A stretch of 29,653 nucleotides of DNA from a virus (IMGVR_UViG_3300005512_000233:1-29653); one strand, 5' to 3'; positions 21,910-29,489 are shown, numbered from the stretch's first letter. Program-made: numbers and translations. The notes: generated by a model not told the origin, from the sequence alone.

Positions 21910-23286
21910 ATGTTAAATCCATTTTTTCTACAAGGATCTAAAGGTGAACAAAATTTAGTTCAGGATTTAATAAATGAACAAATTAAGATGTATGGTATTG
22001 ATGTTCATTATATACCTAGAAGATTTGTAACTAAAAAGACAGTAATAGAAGAAGTCATACAATCAGAGTTTAATAATGCTTTTCCAATTGAAGCATATGT
22101 TTCTTCATATGATGGATATGGCGGACAAGGAACACTTCTATCTAAATTTGGAATTCAAGATGTTGATGAATTGATACTAATAATTTCAAAGGAAAGATTT
22201 GAAACATACATTGCACCATTAATTAAAAATTTATCAAATATTGAATTATCAACAAGACCAAAAGAAGGTGATTTAATCTATTTTCCTTTAGGTGATAGGA
22301 TATTTGAGATTAAATATGTTGAGCACGAATCTCCATTTTATCAATTACAAAAAAATTATGTTTATGAGTTAAAATGTGAACTCTTTAGATATGAAGATGA
22401 AGAGTTTGATACTGATATTAATGAAATTGATAATAATATAGTTGATCAAGGATATACAAAAACATTTACAATGGTTGGATCTGGATCAACTGCTACTGCA
22501 ATTACAAGTGTTGTAAATGGAGCAGTATCTTATATTTCAATCACTAATAGAGGAAGAGGTTATACAAGTGTTCCTAATGTTGCAATTTCAAGTTCACCAT
22601 TCCCTGGTGGTAGCGCTGCGGGAATTGCAACTCTAATTACTGGAATTGTTGATTTATGTGACCCAACAGGAACTGAATATAGAGTTCAGGGTGTCCAACT
22701 CACAAATCCTGGGTATGGTTATACTATTGCACCTAGAGTTGCATTTTATGGTGGGGGTGGAGAAGGTGCAGAAGCAGTATCATACATATCAGATGGTGCA
22801 ATAGGAATAATTACAGTAACAAGTGGTGGTTCGGGATATATATCACCACCTCAAGTTTCTATTGTTGGATCTTCTTCAACTTCTGCAGAGGTATATTCAT
22901 CAATTACAAATGGTATAGTTACTTCAGTCACCATCGTAAACAGTGGTGCTGGATATACTGAACCACCTACAATTACTTTCAGTAATCCATATATGGTAGG
23001 TTTTGGTACATATCAATATAATGAAACAGTTATAGGTTCCGCTTCAAGTACAACCGCAAAGGTTAATTCTTGGAATGCAAATACCAATATTTTAGAATTA
23101 ATGAATATATCTGGTGATTTTGAAAATGATGAACTTGTTGTTGGTCAAGAATCTCAAGCAATCTATAAAATTAGGATAATTGAAGAATTTGATATTACAG
23201 ATCCATATTCAAGTAATGATGAAATAGAAGAAGAATCTGATGCAATTATAGATTTTAGTGAAGTGAATCCATTTGGTATGCCTTGA
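21910..23286 (+). CDS. gp14: Neck protein gp14 with inserted Gly-rich repeats
   Basis: NPFF..GS..EQ.LVQDLINEQIKMYG.DV.YIPR, SKFG, RPKEGDLIYFP, FEIKYVEHE.PFYQL and C-terminal DFSE.NPFG. The ATG at 21910 is preferred over the TTG at 21898, which overlaps gp13. Confidence 0.93.
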   Translation: MLNPFFLQGSKGEQNLVQDLINEQIKMYGIDVHYIPRRFVTKKTVIEEVIQSEFNNAFPIEAYVSSYDGYGGQGTLLSKFGIQDVDELILIISKERFETYIAPLIKNLSNIELSTRPKEGDLIYFPLGDRIFEIKYVEHESPFYQLQKNYVYELKCELFRYEDEEFDTDINEIDNNIVDQGYTKTFTMVGSGSTATAITSVVNGAVSYISITNRGRGYTSVPNVAISSSPFPGGSAAGIATLITGIVDLCDPTGTEYRVQGVQLTNPGYGYTIAPRVAFYGGGGEGAEAVSYISDGAIGIITVTSGGSGYISPPQVSIVGSSSTSAEVYSSITNGIVTSVTIVNSGAGYTEPPTITFSNPYMVGFGTYQYNETVIGSASSTTAKVNSWNANTNILELMNISGDFENDELVVGQESQAIYKIRIIEEFDITDPYSSNDEIEEESDAIIDFSEVNPFGMP

Positions 23287-23303
23287 TATTGATTTAATTT
23301 GCT

Positions 23304-23311
23304 AATAAATA
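23304..23311 (+). promoter_or_regulatory. T4-type late promoter upstream of gp15
   Basis: AATAAATA in the intergenic gap, followed by a GGGAG SD and the ATG at 23333. Confidence 0.7.
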
Positions 23312-23332
23312 GTTAATAGTGGGAGACTATCT

Positions 23333-24340
23333 ATGTTTGAATATTTTTATCACGAAATTATAAGAAAAACTGTAATTGCTTTTGGCACTCTGTTTAATAA
23401 GATACAAATAAGAAAAACAGATAATTCTGGAAATGTTGTATCTGTTATTGAAGTTCCATTGTCTTATGGACCCACTCAAAAATTTCTAGCAAGATTAGAA
23501 CAGTCTCCGGATTTAAATAAACCATTTCAAATGAACTTACCCAGAATGTCTTTTGAGATTTCTGGCATAAATTATGATTCAAGAAGAAAAACAACTGTAA
23601 CACAAACTTTTTTATCTCATAATGTATCAGATAAATCTGATATTAGAAAGGCATATATGCCCGTACCATATGATATTGACTTTGAATTGTCAATAATGAC
23701 GAAGCAAAATGATGATATGCTTCAAGTTATTGAGCAAATATTACCATATTTTCAACCATCATATAATTTAACTGTTGATTTAATAGAATCTATTGGAGAA
23801 AAAAGAGATATTCCAATTATATTAAATAACATAACTATGCAAGATGATTATGAAGGTGATTTTTCAACAAGAAGAGCATTAATATATACTTTAAGATTTA
23901 CTGCAAAAACTTATCTATTTGGTCCTGTTTCTGCTGATAATGCAACTTCAGATATTATTAAAAAAGTTTCTATTGGTTTTGTATCTGGAGAGTCTAATAA
24001 ATCCCCAACAAGAGAACTTACATATACTGTAGAACCACAAGCAACTAAAAATTATACCGGAACTGTAGTAACAAATGTAAGCAATGATGTTGAAGTTTCA
24101 GATACTACTATTGAGGTAAATAGTGCTTCTGGAATTTCTAGTAAATCATATATTACTATTAATAATGAAACTTTGTATGTTAAATCAAAAGTAAATAATA
24201 AATTAACTGTAGATAGAGGTCAATATAATACACCAATCTCACTTCACGTATCAGGTTCTGAAGTTAAGTCAATAACAGCACAGGATAATTTACTTATAGA
24301 ACCTGGCGATGATTTCGGATTTAGTGATTCTTTTATTTAA
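23333..24340 (+). CDS. gp15: Tail sheath stabilizer / tail terminator gp15 with C-terminal extension
   Basis: YFYHEIIRKTVIAFGTLFN.I, VPLSYGP.QKFLARL, LPRMSFE, YMPVPY, QILPYFQP and FTAKTYLFGPV. GGGAG SD at 23321-23325. Confidence 0.95.
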   Translation: MFEYFYHEIIRKTVIAFGTLFNKIQIRKTDNSGNVVSVIEVPLSYGPTQKFLARLEQSPDLNKPFQMNLPRMSFEISGINYDSRRKTTVTQTFLSHNVSDKSDIRKAYMPVPYDIDFELSIMTKQNDDMLQVIEQILPYFQPSYNLTVDLIESIGEKRDIPIILNNITMQDDYEGDFSTRRALIYTLRFTAKTYLFGPVSADNATSDIIKKVSIGFVSGESNKSPTRELTYTVEPQATKNYTGTVVTNVSNDVEVSDTTIEVNSASGISSKSYITINNETLYVKSKVNNKLTVDRGQYNTPISLHVSGSEVKSITAQDNLLIEPGDDFGFSDSFI

Positions 24341-24343
24341 GTT

Positions 24344-24796
24344 ATGGGAAATTCAAAAAAATATAATGGTTTAAATAAAGCCTTCAATATTGAAGAAGAT
24401 AGTATTGATGTAGAGGTTTTACCAAGTTCGGATAAAAATTCGTTAAATAGACCCAGCAGCAATGAAGATATAGTTAGTGATATAAAAAAAGATTATGAAT
24501 ACACAAGAGGGAACTTATATTCAATAATTGAAAAAGGTCAAGAAGCAATAAGTGGAATTATTGAGCTAGCTCAAGAGACTGAAGCACCAAGAGCATATGA
24601 AGTTGCTGGACAATTAATTAAAAGTGTTTCTGATGCAACGGAAAAATTAATGGACTTACAGAAAAAGTTAAAGGATATTGATGGTTCCAATACTAAAAAA
24701 GGACCGACAAATGTTACTAATGCACTTTTTGTTGGGTCCACAGCAGAACTATCAAAACTTCTAAAGCAAAATTCAAATGGTGATGATAATGTTTAA
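24344..24796 (+). CDS. gp16: Terminase small subunit gp16
   Basis: DYEYTRGNLYSIIEKGQEAI, PRAYEVAGQLIK, NVTNALFVGSTAELSKLLK. Follows gp15. Confidence 0.95.
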   Translation: MGNSKKYNGLNKAFNIEEDSIDVEVLPSSDKNSLNRPSSNEDIVSDIKKDYEYTRGNLYSIIEKGQEAISGIIELAQETEAPRAYEVAGQLIKSVSDATEKLMDLQKKLKDIDGSNTKKGPTNVTNALFVGSTAELSKLLKQNSNGDDNV

Positions 24797-24802
24797 TAAA
24801 TA
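24795..24802 (+). promoter_or_regulatory. T4-type late promoter upstream of the 552-aa ORF
   Basis: AATAAATA overlapping the gp16 stop codon, 16 nt before the ATG at 24819. Confidence 0.65.
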
Positions 24803-24818
24803 AAGAAAACTATTCAAA

Positions 24819-26477
24819 ATGAACGAAGATCTTAGGAATTGGTTTTCAAAATCTCATCCAGAAGGAAATTGGAAGAGGTATAATACTAAAGGTGAAGTAA
24901 TTGGACCTTGTGCTCGTGAACCTGGTGAACCAAAACCTAAATGTCTTTCAAATGAGAAAGCAGCAAAAATGTCTAAAAATGAAATTGCCGCTGTAGTAAG
25001 AAGAAAAAGAGAAGCAGATCCAGTCGCAGATCGTCCAGGAAAAGGAGGAGCACCTAAAATGGTATCTAATAAAATTAAGGAAGAATTGGAAGAAATTAGA
25101 TACTGCCCAATGTGTAAGAAAAAAGAAAAAAGAAATGAATGTTCATATGGTCCACAAATGTGGGATGCAGTAACCGTATCTATGCCAGACTCAACAATGG
25201 ATGAAGCAAAAAAGCACCCAGATCACGAACATTCTATGATTCGTTCTGAACTTGAGACAATTAGAAAAGCAGTAGATCGTCTGAAGTCAAAAATGAAAGG
25301 TGAAGGAAATGTAGAGGCTTGGGTTCAATCTAAAATCACAAAAGCAGCAGACTATATTGATTCAGCAGCAGATTATATTGATAGTGGTGAGCATAATGTT
25401 CACGGATCTATGGATGAAGCAAAAAAAGATCCTTGTTGGAAAGGATATAAGCAAGTTGGAACAAAAAAGAAAAATGGAAAAGAAGTTCCAAATTGTGTTC
25501 CAGTAAATGAAACGTCTTTTCAAATTAAGCACACATCTAAGGATGTAAGAGCAGCAGAAAGAAAGGAAAAAATTCACAATCTTGCCAATAAAGGTGTGGG
25601 TGGAGAACAAAAAAATGCTGCTCATATGTCGGGAGTTTCTTTACCATCAATAAAAAAAGAAGAAATTTCAATAGTAGATAAGATTTTACTTGAAATGGAA
25701 GCAGAAGTTCTTAATGAGAAGAATGTTCCAACAAATCCACCACTTTGGTCTAAAATGAAGGCAAGAGCAAAAGCAAAATTTGACATATGGCCTTCTGCTT
25801 ATTCAAGTGGTTGGGCTGCAAAAGAATATAAGAAGGCAGGTGGTAAATGGAAATCAGTAAGTGAAGAAATTGAAATTCAAGATGCTTATGGAGAAACATT
25901 TGCAGTAATTGATGATGTAATCAAATCAGATCCAATTGTTTGTGAAAGATGTGGTCAAAATCCTTGCATTTGCGATCAACTTATGGGATATAATGAAGTC
26001 AATGAAACTATAAGAATTCCATCAAAAACTGGAAATATTCTTCTTACAACTCTCAATTGGAGAGGAAAGTATTATGCAATAAAGATGTTCTTTCCACAGG
26101 TTTCCACTCCAAATAGAAGAGATGTTCAGGATCAAATTAATAAAGTATATCCTGGAGCAAGAGTTTTAGCATATAATATTTCAGATATCAAACCAGGTGA
26201 GCAATTTTTACAAACTGAAGATTGGCAAAAGGTGAATCGTAAAGATAAGACTGATGGATTAAGTCAAAAAGCAGTTGATGCTTATCGTAGAGAAAATCCA
26301 GGTTCAAAACTACAAACTGCAGTAACTGAAAAGAAACCAAAAGGTAAAAGAGTAAAAAGACGTAAGAATTTTTGTAGTCGTATGAAAGGAATGCGTTCAA
26401 AACTTACCTCAGCAAAAACTGCAAGAGATCCGGATTCAAGAATCAATAAAGCACTTCGTCGTTGGAACTGTAACTGA
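24819..26477 (+). CDS. Modular basic hypothetical protein (552 aa), possible internal head polyprotein
   Basis: A string of short modules seen in T4-like phages (EDLRNWF..., DHEHSMIRSEL...EAWVQSKITKAADY, DPCWKGYKQVG...VPNCVP, WPSAYSSGWAAKEYKKAGG, GLSQKAVDAYRRENPGSKLQTAV...RRKNFCSRMKG...SRINKALRRWNC) separated by Glu-ending linkers. The function is inferred. Confidence 0.75.
   Translation: MNEDLRNWFSKSHPEGNWKRYNTKGEVIGPCAREPGEPKPKCLSNEKAAKMSKNEIAAVVRRKREADPVADRPGKGGAPKMVSNKIKEELEEIRYCPMCKKKEKRNECSYGPQMWDAVTVSMPDSTMDEAKKHPDHEHSMIRSELETIRKAVDRLKSKMKGEGNVEAWVQSKITKAADYIDSAADYIDSGEHNVHGSMDEAKKDPCWKGYKQVGTKKKNGKEVPNCVPVNETSFQIKHTSKDVRAAERKEKIHNLANKGVGGEQKNAAHMSGVSLPSIKKEEISIVDKILLEMEAEVLNEKNVPTNPPLWSKMKARAKAKFDIWPSAYSSGWAAKEYKKAGGKWKSVSEEIEIQDAYGETFAVIDDVIKSDPIVCERCGQNPCICDQLMGYNEVNETIRIPSKTGNILLTTLNWRGKYYAIKMFFPQVSTPNRRDVQDQINKVYPGARVLAYNISDIKPGEQFLQTEDWQKVNRKDKTDGLSQKAVDAYRRENPGSKLQTAVTEKKPKGKRVKRRKNFCSRMKGMRSKLTSAKTARDPDSRINKALRRWNCN
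25344..25385 (+). repeat. 21-nt imperfect tandem repeat encoding AADYIDS twice
   Basis: gcagcagactatattgattca / gcagcagattatattgatagt. Confidence 0.7.
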
Positions 26478-26478
26478 A

Positions 26479-26808
26479 ATGAAATCATTCAAACAATTTT
26501 TATCAGAAAGTATCACAATTCAAGGTGATTTTAATGGAACTCTTAATGTAGGAAGTGATTCTGTTCAGCAACAAGTTGAGGAGCAAAATCAATATATTGC
26601 TGATGTAATGTGGATGGGAAGTATCTATAGAATGACACTAGAAAAGAAGGAATCAATTCGCCTTCCAACAACACAAGAATTAGCAGAACAACTTCAAGGA
26701 GAATATCCTGGCGCAATTGTTCAAAGAATTTATCCAGTAGAACCAAAACCAGAAGTAAAGATTGCAGATGTAAAAAGATATCATCCAGGAAAATTGGAGT
26801 GGATTTAA
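26479..26808 (+). CDS. Hypothetical protein with capsid-targeting-sequence-like N-terminus
   Basis: MKSFKQFLSE resembles the T4 internal-protein capsid targeting sequence (MKTYQEFIAE type). Starts 1 nt after the previous stop. Confidence 0.75.
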   Translation: MKSFKQFLSESITIQGDFNGTLNVGSDSVQQQVEEQNQYIADVMWMGSIYRMTLEKKESIRLPTTQELAEQLQGEYPGAIVQRIYPVEPKPEVKIADVKRYHPGKLEWI

Positions 26809-26811
26809 TTT

Positions 26812-28086
26812 ATGGCACAGTGGAATAAGACTACACAAGACTTCTTGAATCAAGAGAGAAGTCTATTTGAGGTTTATAATATTGCTGATCATTGGGGAAA
26901 CCAGACAGACTGGAGACCTCAGTTTTCTGACAATAATAGACTAAAGGTTGCTCCCTTCCAAACAGTTTTCTTCAATACTTTCCAGTATGGTAAGGAGACT
27001 GATGTTTGGGATGAGAGTCTAGTTGGTGTTGCAACTGCTACTTATAATGCAAATTCCAGTAATATAGTTATGGAAGTTGGATCTACTGCTGGTAGTAAGG
27101 TTGTCAGACAGACAAAGAATGTAATGAGATACATTCCTGGTAGACCAGCAACTCTTACATTTGCAGTTCGTCTAGAAGCACCACAAGTCGGTATTCGCAG
27201 AAGATTTGGATTGTTTGATGAAAATGATGGTGCTTACTTTGAGGATGATGGAGGAACATATTCTTATGTAATTCGCAGCAGTGCATCTGGTATCACTACA
27301 GAAACAAGAGTAACCAGAGAAAACTGGAATGGTGAAAAGTTTGATGGTAATGGATACACTGGTGTAACTGCTGATGCTACAAAACAGCAGATGATTTCCA
27401 TTAACTATGAATGGTATGGTGCAGGTAATGTAAGATTTAATTGGTTAATGGCAGGTGAGACTATTCCTAGTCATACATTTGAGAACTCAAATGTTCGGGA
27501 TGATGTTTGGTGTAGAACTCCATTCCTCCCAATTCGTTGTGAGATTGAGAATGTAACTGGTGTTGCTGGAACTCATTATCTTTATCAGGGATCTAACTCT
27601 CTGATCCAAGAAGGTGATCCAGAAAAACTTGGTACTTTGTTGAGTGTCTCAAATGCCATCACAGGAAAAACAATGGCATCTGCAAATACTTTTTATCCTA
27701 TTGTAAGTCTTCGTTTGAAATCAAGTGGTTTATCTGCCGTAATGATTTTAAGGTCTTTACAAGCAGTGACGAATGATAATACCAATGTTTATTGGAGATT
27801 GATTGAAAATACAACTCTAACTAATCCAGTCTGGACAGATCACGCAGATCCAGATTCGTTTATGCAATATGATACAAGTGCAACTGCATTGTCTGGTGGA
27901 AGAACTCTTTTGAGTGGATTCACAATTGCGGGTGGTGCTTCTCTTATTGATATTGATGAAAAGGCACAAATGCAATTAGGTAGAAGTGGTATTGGAACAA
28001 TCAGTGATACTTATACACTTGCTTGTGCAAGTCCTAATACTAACAAAAAAGCACTTGCAGTACTTAACTGGATCGAACAGAGGTAA
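26812..28086 (+). CDS. Hypothetical phage protein (424 aa), beta-rich, possibly virion-associated
   Basis: Long ORF tightly packed between its neighbours (3 nt and 5 nt gaps), with motifs RQTK..MRYIPGR and YEWYGAG.V.F. No function is recognisable. Confidence 0.75.
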   Translation: MAQWNKTTQDFLNQERSLFEVYNIADHWGNQTDWRPQFSDNNRLKVAPFQTVFFNTFQYGKETDVWDESLVGVATATYNANSSNIVMEVGSTAGSKVVRQTKNVMRYIPGRPATLTFAVRLEAPQVGIRRRFGLFDENDGAYFEDDGGTYSYVIRSSASGITTETRVTRENWNGEKFDGNGYTGVTADATKQQMISINYEWYGAGNVRFNWLMAGETIPSHTFENSNVRDDVWCRTPFLPIRCEIENVTGVAGTHYLYQGSNSLIQEGDPEKLGTLLSVSNAITGKTMASANTFYPIVSLRLKSSGLSAVMILRSLQAVTNDNTNVYWRLIENTTLTNPVWTDHADPDSFMQYDTSATALSGGRTLLSGFTIAGGASLIDIDEKAQMQLGRSGIGTISDTYTLACASPNTNKKALAVLNWIEQR

Positions 28087-28091
28087 TTCTT

Positions 28092-29489
28092 ATGAGTGAT
28101 GTCTATTTGGGAAATCCACTGCTGAAAAAAGCAAATACTCCAATTGAGTTCACTCAAGAACAAATTGAGGAGTTTATTAAATGTCAAAGTGATCCTGTAT
28201 ATTTTGCAAAAAACTATGTAAAGATTGTAACTCTTGATCACGGATTGCAACCATTTAAGATGTATCCGTTTCAGGAAAAATTAGTAGAGAGATTTCATAA
28301 GCACAGATTTAATATTTGTAAGATGCCACGACAAACTGGCAAATGTTTTAGTATAAATACAAAAATAAGAATAAAAAATAAAAAAACTGGTAAAATATTA
28401 GAACTAAGTATTGGTGAATTTTATGAAAATATAAAAAAAATAGTGACGATGACGCTCCTTGATTGTGGCAAATCTATAAAAAGTAGATCCCATATACCAA
28501 GGCACGTAAAAATTAGTCACGGCGATAAATTCATTGAACAAATAGAAACTGATGAATGGGAAATTGAAACTCCTTCTGGATTGCAATCATTTTCTGGAGT
28601 AGGAAAAACCATAGAATATGAAGAATGGGAAATCACAACTGAAAACGGAAAATCTCTAATATGTGCTGATGAACATATATTAATAACTGATAATTGGGAG
28701 GAAAAATTTTGTAAAGATCTTAAAATTAATGATTATATACAAACTATTGATGGGATAGAAAAAATATATAAAATTGAAAAAAAATCAGGAAAATCAAATA
28801 TGTATGATGTTCTTGATGTTGAAAATGGAAATATATTTTATAGTAATGGGATTGTTTCCCATAATTCAACTACAGTGGTATCTTTTCTTCTTCATTATGC
28901 TGTTTTTAATGATAATGTAAATATTGGTATTCTTGCAAACAAAGCAGCAACTGCGAGAGAACTTTTAGATAGGTTACAAACAGCATATGAAAATCTTCCA
29001 AAATGGATGCAACAAGGTATTATATCTTGGAACAAAGGATCTTTGGAACTTGAAAATGGAAGTAAAATCTTGGCTGCTTCTACTTCTGCTTCTGCGGTTC
29101 GTGGTATGTCATTCAATATTCTATTTTTGGACGAATTTGCTTTCGTTCCAAATCACATCGCAGATTCATTCTTTGCATCAGTATATCCAACAATTACTGC
29201 AGGACAAAACACAAAAGTAATTGTTGTTTCTACTCCACACGGTATGAATCATTTCTATCGTATGTGGCACGATGCGGAGAAAGGAAAGAATGAATATATT
29301 CCAACTGATGTTCACTGGAGTGAAGTTCCAGGAAGAGATGAAAAGTGGAAAGCACAAACAATTGCTAACACAAGTGAGCAGCAGTTTAAGGTTGAGTTTG
29401 AATCGTTGTCATATACAACTCTTATAAATAATGGTGTAATGGATGTATGTATTGGAGATCTATATGAGCAACTTAAAAACGAACAGTAA
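28092..29489 (+). CDS. gp17: Terminase large subunit gp17, N-terminal fragment (ATPase part), containing one contiguous intein and ending in a split-intein N-fragment
   Basis: YLGNPLLKKAN start, adenine-binding YPFQ, Walker A PRQTGK|ST interrupted, Walker B ILFLDEFAF and coupling motif VSTPHG. The ORF stops 28 aa after QQFKVEFE, and the nuclease domain is absent from the window. Confidence 0.93.
   Translation: MSDVYLGNPLLKKANTPIEFTQEQIEEFIKCQSDPVYFAKNYVKIVTLDHGLQPFKMYPFQEKLVERFHKHRFNICKMPRQTGKCFSINTKIRIKNKKTGKILELSIGEFYENIKKIVTMTLLDCGKSIKSRSHIPRHVKISHGDKFIEQIETDEWEIETPSGLQSFSGVGKTIEYEEWEITTENGKSLICADEHILITDNWEEKFCKDLKINDYIQTIDGIEKIYKIEKKSGKSNMYDVLDVENGNIFYSNGIVSHNSTTVVSFLLHYAVFNDNVNIGILANKAATARELLDRLQTAYENLPKWMQQGIISWNKGSLELENGSKILAASTSASAVRGMSFNILFLDEFAFVPNHIADSFFASVYPTITAGQNTKVIVVSTPHGMNHFYRMWHDAEKGKNEYIPTDVHWSEVPGRDEKWKAQTIANTSEQQFKVEFESLSYTTLINNGVMDVCIGDLYEQLKNEQ
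28344..28865 (+). mobile_element. Contiguous mini-intein (174 aa) in the gp17 Walker A motif
   Basis: Begins with Cys (CFSINT) right after RQTGK, has a block-B-like CADEH and block-F MYDVLDV, and ends SNGIVSHN followed by Ser. Excision restores RQTGKSTT. No LAGLIDADG or HNH domain is visible. Confidence 0.93.
29405..29472 (+). promoter_or_regulatory. Putative RBS/AUG-sequestering RNA hairpin
   Basis: GTTGTCATATACAACTCT (29405-29422) pairs with GGAGATCTATATGAGCAAC (29454-29472): 15 Watson-Crick pairs, 1 GU pair, 2 mismatches and a 1-nt bulge. The 3' arm covers the SD and start codon. Confidence 0.5.
29423..29430 (+). promoter_or_regulatory. Consensus T4 late promoter TATAAATA inside the split-intein N-fragment, upstream of the putative endonuclease
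   Basis: Perfect TATAAATA 33 nt upstream of the ATG at 29464. Confidence 0.6.

Larger units (their letters stand above)
29403..29486 (+). mobile_element. Atypically short split-intein N-fragment (28 aa, Ser1): SLSYTTLINNGVMDVCIGDLYEQLKNEQ
   Basis: Follows extein ...VEFE where T4-like gp17 normally continues CEFLG. The block-A-like start and IGDLYEQL match the I(G/E)DLY..L ending of the AceL-TerL/GOS-TerL/Cat N-inteins. The stop codon follows immediately. Confidence 0.8.

Noticed and set aside
23316-23330. ATAGT-GGGAG-ACTAT mini-hairpin around the gp15 SD
   Set aside because: A 5-bp AT-rich stem is too weak to distinguish from chance.
28413-28434. GGTGA followed by ATG at 28423 inside intein 1, parallel to the endonuclease start in intein 2
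   Set aside because: It opens only M-K-I-stop, and Tyr-Glu codons generate this ATG automatically.
25362-29220. Short overlapping ORFs at 25362, 26188, 26282, 26543, 28011, 28404, 28895 and 28987
   Set aside because: They overlap well-supported + strand genes and their composition reflects antisense or alternative-frame translation.
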